A stretch of 64,000 nucleotides of DNA from Vulcanimicrobiales bacterium (GTDB lineage: Bacteria; Vulcanimicrobiota; Vulcanimicrobiia; Vulcanimicrobiales; Vulcanimicrobiaceae), in assembly GCA_038231455.1 (NCBI GenBank), contig JBBRLI010000003.1, positions 64,001 through 128,000 on the forward strand. Direction: 5' to 3'. Made by a program: the position numbers and the translations under genes. Position 1 is the first letter of the stretch; every line of letters starts with the position of its first letter. This document shows, one piece after another, positions 56,830 to 64,000 of this stretch. The notes beneath the pieces are model-generated. The model saw only the letters and a program-made list of their open reading frames with translations. It was not told the origin of the DNA and searched no databases.

Positions 56830-57312
56830 ATGGAACGCATGATGGACGAAGTCGAGAATGGTACCGGAAATCGCGTCGCGGTTCTCGGCGAAGGCGTTGC
56901 CGCGCTGATCTTGGCTCTGCGATTTGCACAAGCGGGTCGCACGGTGACATTAGTCGGTCGTTTCAATCCGCTGGCACGCAGCCGCTCGCTCGTCGTTCGG
57001 GCAAACGATCGCAACGCGATTCGGATGCTCGATGAACTCGGTCTCAGCAATGAAATCGACTGGAATCGTCGTCTTCAAGCCTTCGGCGGTTTCGGTTCGC
57101 GTACGGAAGGTTCGCTTATCGACGGCCACTCGCGTGTGGCCCATGCGCTTCGCGATCGCTTAATCGCACTCGGCGTTATCTTTCGACCGACCATCGAATC
57201 GCTGGATGTCGATGAGATCGTCGCAGCTCCTCTGGCCGTCCCGGATTTCGAAACGGCCGTCGTCCTCGCCACTTCCGCATATCGCGCGCGCTGCGCCGAC
57301 AAGATCGCTTAG
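56830..57312 (+). CDS. Small FAD-dependent oxidoreductase-like protein (Rossmann N-terminus, internally reduced)
   Basis: RVAVLGEGVAALILA..FAQAGRTVTLV; MLDELGL; LIDGHSRVAHALRDRL..LGV. Confidence 0.55.
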   Translation: MERMMDEVENGTGNRVAVLGEGVAALILALRFAQAGRTVTLVGRFNPLARSRSLVVRANDRNAIRMLDELGLSNEIDWNRRLQAFGGFGSRTEGSLIDGHSRVAHALRDRLIALGVIFRPTIESLDVDEIVAAPLAVPDFETAVVLATSAYRARCADKIA

Positions 57313-57332
57313 GCGAAGGAGTACTTACTGAC

Positions 57333-58013
57333 ATGCCGATTCCCGTCAATCTCTACGTCGATCGCCTCGCGTATACCTCACCCACCTCGCAGCACGAAGT
57401 GTGGAACGACACCAACGATCAAGCTGCGGTCTACCGCAGTGCGGCGCAGAAAATCGGCATGACGCCGAGCGAATACCAGCAGTTTCGTCAGGCATTGATG
57501 GAAGGCCGCGCGGTCTACGTGAAGGTGCCCCGCGTGATCGGCTCGATGGCCGGCCGCCACCGCAACGGTCAAGCGTACGCGCTCAACAACGTACGCGTTC
57601 CGGAAAATACGATGGGCTGGGAAGTGGATCTCGCCGATGGCGCCAGCGTGTACGTCCCGCGCATCTGCGGCAATCTGTCGTTAACGCGCAACAAGCCGCG
57701 CAAAATCGCACAGGCGCCGCGCCCGTCGCTTCCCTCGCCGCGCCACTACGCTGCGGTGCCGATGCCTCCGCCGCAGCCCGCGATCGCTGAAACACCCGTA
57801 ACGTTCGCCCCACCGCCGCAGGTCGTCGCCGCTGCCCCGGCCGCAGCGCCGGTCGCCGCCGCTGCCACCCATAGCGGACTGCTCGCGCTCGCGGCGCCGT
57901 TCATCGGGTTCCTCTTCCCGCACGGCGGGTCCAATTCGACCCCCGGAACGAACACCGTTATCGCTCCGCCCTGCTCGCAAGGCTCGAATAGCTCCGGCAT
58001 CTGCCAGCGGTAG
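57333..58013 (+). CDS. Hypothetical protein with Pro/Ala linker, hydrophobic segment and C-terminal Cys pair
   Basis: AAGGAG RBS; GC3-rich codons; VYVPRICGNLS core. Confidence 0.8.
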   Translation: MPIPVNLYVDRLAYTSPTSQHEVWNDTNDQAAVYRSAAQKIGMTPSEYQQFRQALMEGRAVYVKVPRVIGSMAGRHRNGQAYALNNVRVPENTMGWEVDLADGASVYVPRICGNLSLTRNKPRKIAQAPRPSLPSPRHYAAVPMPPPQPAIAETPVTFAPPPQVVAAAPAAAPVAAAATHSGLLALAAPFIGFLFPHGGSNSTPGTNTVIAPPCSQGSNSSGICQR

Positions 58014-58018
58014 CGCTC

Positions 58019-58090
58019 TTGCATCCCCGCGGATTTAGGGGTACACTGAGCGGCGGTATCTAGAAGAAGCGTGGGCGTGCCCGCGCTTCT
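58019..58090 (+). promoter_or_regulatory. rimP operon promoter and rimP-leader hairpin
   Basis: TTGCAT-17 nt-TACACT (58019-58047); hairpin AGAAGCGTGGG-CGTG-CCCGCGCTTCT (58065-58090) like the conserved GTGGG..CCCAC rimP leader. Confidence 0.7.
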
Positions 58091-58120
58091 CTTGTGTTTC
58101 GGGGAAAGGAGCGGCGGCGA

Positions 58121-58627
58121 ATGGCAGATGTTCTAGCGGACGTTTTCGAACGAACCGTCGCCGAATTGACGTTTTCGCCCGAATTCCGCGAGATCGAAAT
58201 CGTCCATCACTCCTTGCGTAAGCAAGGAAAGACGACGGCACTTGCGGTGATGCTCGACCGCGAAGGCGGGATCGATATGATCTCGTGCGAGCGCGTCGCC
58301 TCCAAAATCAACGATGCGCTCGAAGGTATCGAAGACATGTATACGCTCGAAGTCGAGTCAGCGGGCGTCGACCGGCCGCTCTTCAAACCGGCCGACTACG
58401 AGCGTTTTACCGGCAAGAACGTCCGCGTCCTCACCACCCTCCCCATCGCCTCACATAAGACGTTCCGCGGCCGCCTCGAGGGCGTGCGGGGAACGAGCGT
58501 CATTCTTACCACGGAGTCTGGCGAGTTGCCGATTCCCCTGGACATCATCAAATCGGCGAACATCGAATTCGATATTCGCGAGGACCTCAGTCGCGTCAAA
58601 CGCGAGAAGAAGAAAGGCAAGTCATGA
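58121..58627 (+). CDS. rimP: Ribosome maturation factor RimP
   Basis: DREGGI…CERV, YTLEVESAGVDRPL; first gene of nusA operon. Confidence 0.95.
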   Translation: MADVLADVFERTVAELTFSPEFREIEIVHHSLRKQGKTTALAVMLDREGGIDMISCERVASKINDALEGIEDMYTLEVESAGVDRPLFKPADYERFTGKNVRVLTTLPIASHKTFRGRLEGVRGTSVILTTESGELPIPLDIIKSANIEFDIREDLSRVKREKKKGKS

Positions 58628-59838
58628 ACGCAGAGATGATCGCCGCGCTCAAAGAGATCGAAACCGAGCGCAACATCAGTTTCGAGATGCTGCTTGAGGC
58701 GCTCGAAGCCGCGCTGATCTCGGCGTACAAACGGAACTTCGGCGGCGAGGCCAACGCCATCGTCACGATCGACCGTCAGAGCGGTGAGTACAAAGTGTAC
58801 AACCGCCGCGTCGTCGTCGACGAAGTGGCCGATCCCAAAATCGAAGTCTCGAAAAAAGAAGCCGGTTCGCGTTACGAGCCCGGCGACTATTACGATGAAG
58901 AAGTGACGCCCAAAGACTTCGGCCGCATCGCCGCGCAGACCGCAAAACAGGTCATCGTGCAGCGCATCCGCGAGGCCGAACGCGACACCGTTTTCAACAC
59001 GTATTCTGCGAAACTGCACGACGTCATTATGGGGATCGTGCAGCGCTACGAGCAGCGCAATATGTACGTGCTGCTCGATAATAAGAACGAAGCGCTGCTG
59101 CCGTTCTCGGAGCAAGTCCCGCGCGAAAACTACCGCATCAACGACCGCATCCGCGCCTACGTGCTCGACGTGCGCAAGACCAACAAAGGTCCGCTGGTCG
59201 TGCTCTCGCGCGCGGCCGAGGGACTCGTTCAACGCCTGCTCGAGTTCGAAGTGCCCGAGATTCAAGACGACATCGTTGAGATCATGGCGATCGCGCGCGA
59301 ACCCGGTAGCCGCTCGAAGGTCGCCGTCAACTCGACGCGTCCGGAGATCGACCCCGTGGGCGCGTGTCTTGGACCCAAGTCCAGCCGCATCGCGAACGTC
59401 TCGGACGAGCTGCGCGGCGAGAAGATCGACGTCATCCGTTGGGCGCCCGATGCGATCACGTTCATTAGTAATGCGCTCGCCCCGGCCAAGGTACTCAGCG
59501 TGGAGCTCTTTGAAGACGAAGGCGTTGCGCTTGTCACCGTCCCCGACTATCAGCTTTCCCTTGCCATCGGCCGCGAAGGCCAAAACGTGCGTCTTGCCGC
59601 TCGCCTAACCGGCTGGCGCCTGGATATCACAAGCGAAGCCGAGGCGGAGGAAACGCGGGCGCGTTATCTCACCGAACGCGACGAACGCGGCGCCGAAACC
59701 GTTGTTGAGGCGGGCGAAGAAGACGTTGTTTCCGCGGAGGCCGAAGAGGGCGAAGCGACTCCGGCGGTCGACGAAGACCTCTTGCGCAAGCTCGAAGAGT
59801 TCAAGCGCGAGATGTTCAGCTCGAAAACGGACGACTAA
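58624..59838 (+). CDS. nusA: Transcription termination factor NusA
   Basis: FGRIAAQTAKQVI, FEVPEI, AREPGSRSKVAV, QLSLAIGREGQNVRLA. Confidence 0.98.
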   Translation: MNAEMIAALKEIETERNISFEMLLEALEAALISAYKRNFGGEANAIVTIDRQSGEYKVYNRRVVVDEVADPKIEVSKKEAGSRYEPGDYYDEEVTPKDFGRIAAQTAKQVIVQRIREAERDTVFNTYSAKLHDVIMGIVQRYEQRNMYVLLDNKNEALLPFSEQVPRENYRINDRIRAYVLDVRKTNKGPLVVLSRAAEGLVQRLLEFEVPEIQDDIVEIMAIAREPGSRSKVAVNSTRPEIDPVGACLGPKSSRIANVSDELRGEKIDVIRWAPDAITFISNALAPAKVLSVELFEDEGVALVTVPDYQLSLAIGREGQNVRLAARLTGWRLDITSEAEAEETRARYLTERDERGAETVVEAGEEDVVSAEAEEGEATPAVDEDLLRKLEEFKREMFSSKTDD

Positions 59839-60074
59839 TTTCCACTCCCATCCGGACCTGTGTCGGCTGCCGCAAGCGGTCGCCGCAGTCCGACCTCCGT
59901 CGCTTCCGAAAAGCGGCGGAGGGGTGGGAACCCGACGATCGACGTCGGTTCCCCGGGCGCGGGGCCTACCTGTGCTCGCTTGGCTGTGCGGAGCGGGTCG
60001 CAAAGAATCGCCGCTATCCTGGGTTAAGTAGTTCGGCTCTGCTACAATGGAATCTCATAGAGGTCTCATCTTGA
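59838..60074 (+). CDS. ylxR: YlxR/RnpM (DUF448) RNA-binding protein; ATT start; absent from ORF track
   Basis: Manual translation ISTPIRTCVGCRK…FPGRGAYLC…C; canonical position between nusA and infB. Confidence 0.85.
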   Translation: MSTPIRTCVGCRKRSPQSDLRRFRKAAEGWEPDDRRRFPGRGAYLCSLGCAERVAKNRRYPGLSSSALLQWNLIEVSS

Positions 60075-60188
60075 GGTGGGCCCTCGGGGAATCAACGAAT
60101 GAAATAATCAATTTGCACGTCCGGGCCTGGGCCCGAGCGCGCCACATGGGAGTCGACGCCGTCGGCAGTGCTCCTAAGAAAGCTATGA

Positions 60189-63104
<2,916 letters not shown>

Positions 63105-63121
63105 CATGCAAAACGCGATGC

Positions 63122-63160
63122 TCGCGAGCGTCTCACCTGGTGTGGGATGCTCGCGAATTT
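63122..63160 (+). terminator. 15-bp hairpin after infB (terminator or mRNA-stabilising stem)
   Basis: TCGCGAGCGTCTCAC-CTGGT-GTGGGATGCTCGCGA with two G.U pairs on the plus strand; only a short U tail. Confidence 0.5.
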
Positions 63161-63188
63161 CCGTTGACAACCCGGCGGTTACATTCGC

Positions 63189-63464
63189 ATGACTCCGGAA
63201 GCGTGGTTCCGCGGTTCCTGGTCGGAACGCCTAGTGGCGGTTCCAAATGCGATTTCCCCGACGGTGCTCTTTGGGATGTACGTCGTCCTGATGGGTTTGA
63301 TCGTACCGGCGCTTAAACCAAGAAACCCGTACTCGTCGATTGCCGTCTATTTCGCCTTTATGGCCCTGATGAGTTTTGCAGCTCCCGGTCTATCGGACCG
63401 ATTTTCGTCTTGGAAAAGACTTTTCGCCGCGATTCGGCCTGCGACAATTCGGGCGCGTAATTGA
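63189..63464 (+). CDS. Small two-TM membrane protein (paralogue 1)
   Basis: Hydrophobic helices; FRG..ERL.AV and SFAAP shared with next ORF. Confidence 0.6.
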   Translation: MTPEAWFRGSWSERLVAVPNAISPTVLFGMYVVLMGLIVPALKPRNPYSSIAVYFAFMALMSFAAPGLSDRFSSWKRLFAAIRPATIRARN

Positions 63465-63492
63465 AGCCGTATACGATGTCGGTGGTTGCCTG

Positions 63493-63747
63493 ATGCTTCC
63501 CTGGCCGTTTCGCGGGGCGCTGCGAGAGCGTTTACATGCGGTGCGCTCCACTTTGCTGACAATCGGTACGTTTGTGGTAATGAACTTTATCGCGGACCGC
63601 ATTTGGAAAGTAGGCTTCGATCTGAACATCGCCTGGCTTATGATCGGGCTCTTCGCGCTAGGATCGTTCGTCGCGCCGTCTGTTGAGAAGTATGCCCCGC
63701 GGAAGTCCACCGGGACCGCGTCGAATTTATCAGGAAAGATCGGATAA
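63493..63747 (+). CDS. Small two-TM membrane protein (paralogue 2)
   Basis: MLPWPFRGALRERLHAV…GSFVAP; similar to preceding ORF. Confidence 0.6.
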   Translation: MLPWPFRGALRERLHAVRSTLLTIGTFVVMNFIADRIWKVGFDLNIAWLMIGLFALGSFVAPSVEKYAPRKSTGTASNLSGKIG

Positions 63748-63751
63748 CGGT

Positions 63752-64000
63752 ATGAAACGCGAGCGGCAGGGCCGGATCGATAGCGCGTTACAACGCGCGC
63801 TCTCAAAAATTATTTCCCAGGATGTGCGCGATGTTCGTTTAGGTTTTACGACCGTGACGCGCGTTGAGATCACGCAAGACATGCATCACGCTAAAGTGTT
63901 CGTGTCCATCATCGGCGATCGCCATGTGGCGCGCCAGTCGATGGATGCCTTGCAGAATGCCGCGGGTTTTATTCGTGGCGAGCTAGGCTCGGCTGTCGAT
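63752..64000 (+). CDS. rbfA: Ribosome-binding factor A (3'-truncated by window edge)
   Basis: Manual translation RDVRLGFTTVTRVEITQDMHHAKVFVS…ALQNAAGFIRGEL. Confidence 0.95.
   Translation, partial: MKRERQGRIDSALQRALSKIISQDVRDVRLGFTTVTRVEITQDMHHAKVFVSIIGDRHVARQSMDALQNAAGFIRGELGSAVD

Noticed and set aside
63164-63192. TTGACA promoter and 28-aa ORF 63106-63192
   Set aside because: No -10 at 16-18 nt spacing; the ORF overlaps the hairpin and has no other support

Overview
GC-rich bacterial chromosomal window of mostly housekeeping genes. It combines Terrabacteria-type features (aroH, an accB-accC-nusB-xseAB-tlyA-nadK-recN cluster, rimP-nusA-ylxR-infB-rbfA, a GAAC-N4-GTTC SOS box) with diderm TonB/ExbBD and Wza. 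A diderm Terrabacteria lineage such as Ca. Eremiobacterota or Armatimonadota is my inference, not a search result. Contents in order: ftsH 3' end, an M16-like pair, glycosyltransferases, rsmA, a G5/3D cell-wall protein, a LexA-box operon (RNase H-like ORF plus mpg), rluB-aroH-aroF-tyrA, a TonB locus, PilZ, uppP, a 278-bp inverted-repeat element, a degenerate HD-GYP plus degenerate DNA methylase operon, moaC-mog, folCPBK, two HtrA-like proteases plus LuxR, clpS, GAF-HD-GYP, the acc to recN cluster, pyk, a Wzx/Wzy polysaccharide cluster and the nusA-infB operon. I saw no rRNA, tRNA, CRISPR array, transposase or prophage. Best leads: (1) an accB homologue beside accC whose biotinylation lysine is replaced (EAMKM to EALGI), like plant BADC regulators; (2) a LexA-boxed promoter driving a degenerate RNase H-fold protein plus alkylpurine glycosylase; (3) a coupled pseudo-HD-GYP plus pseudo-methylase pair; (4) up to six genes, including rsmA, tyrA and ylxR, that appear to need non-ATG/GTG/TTG starts. 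All family calls come from motif recognition by eye.
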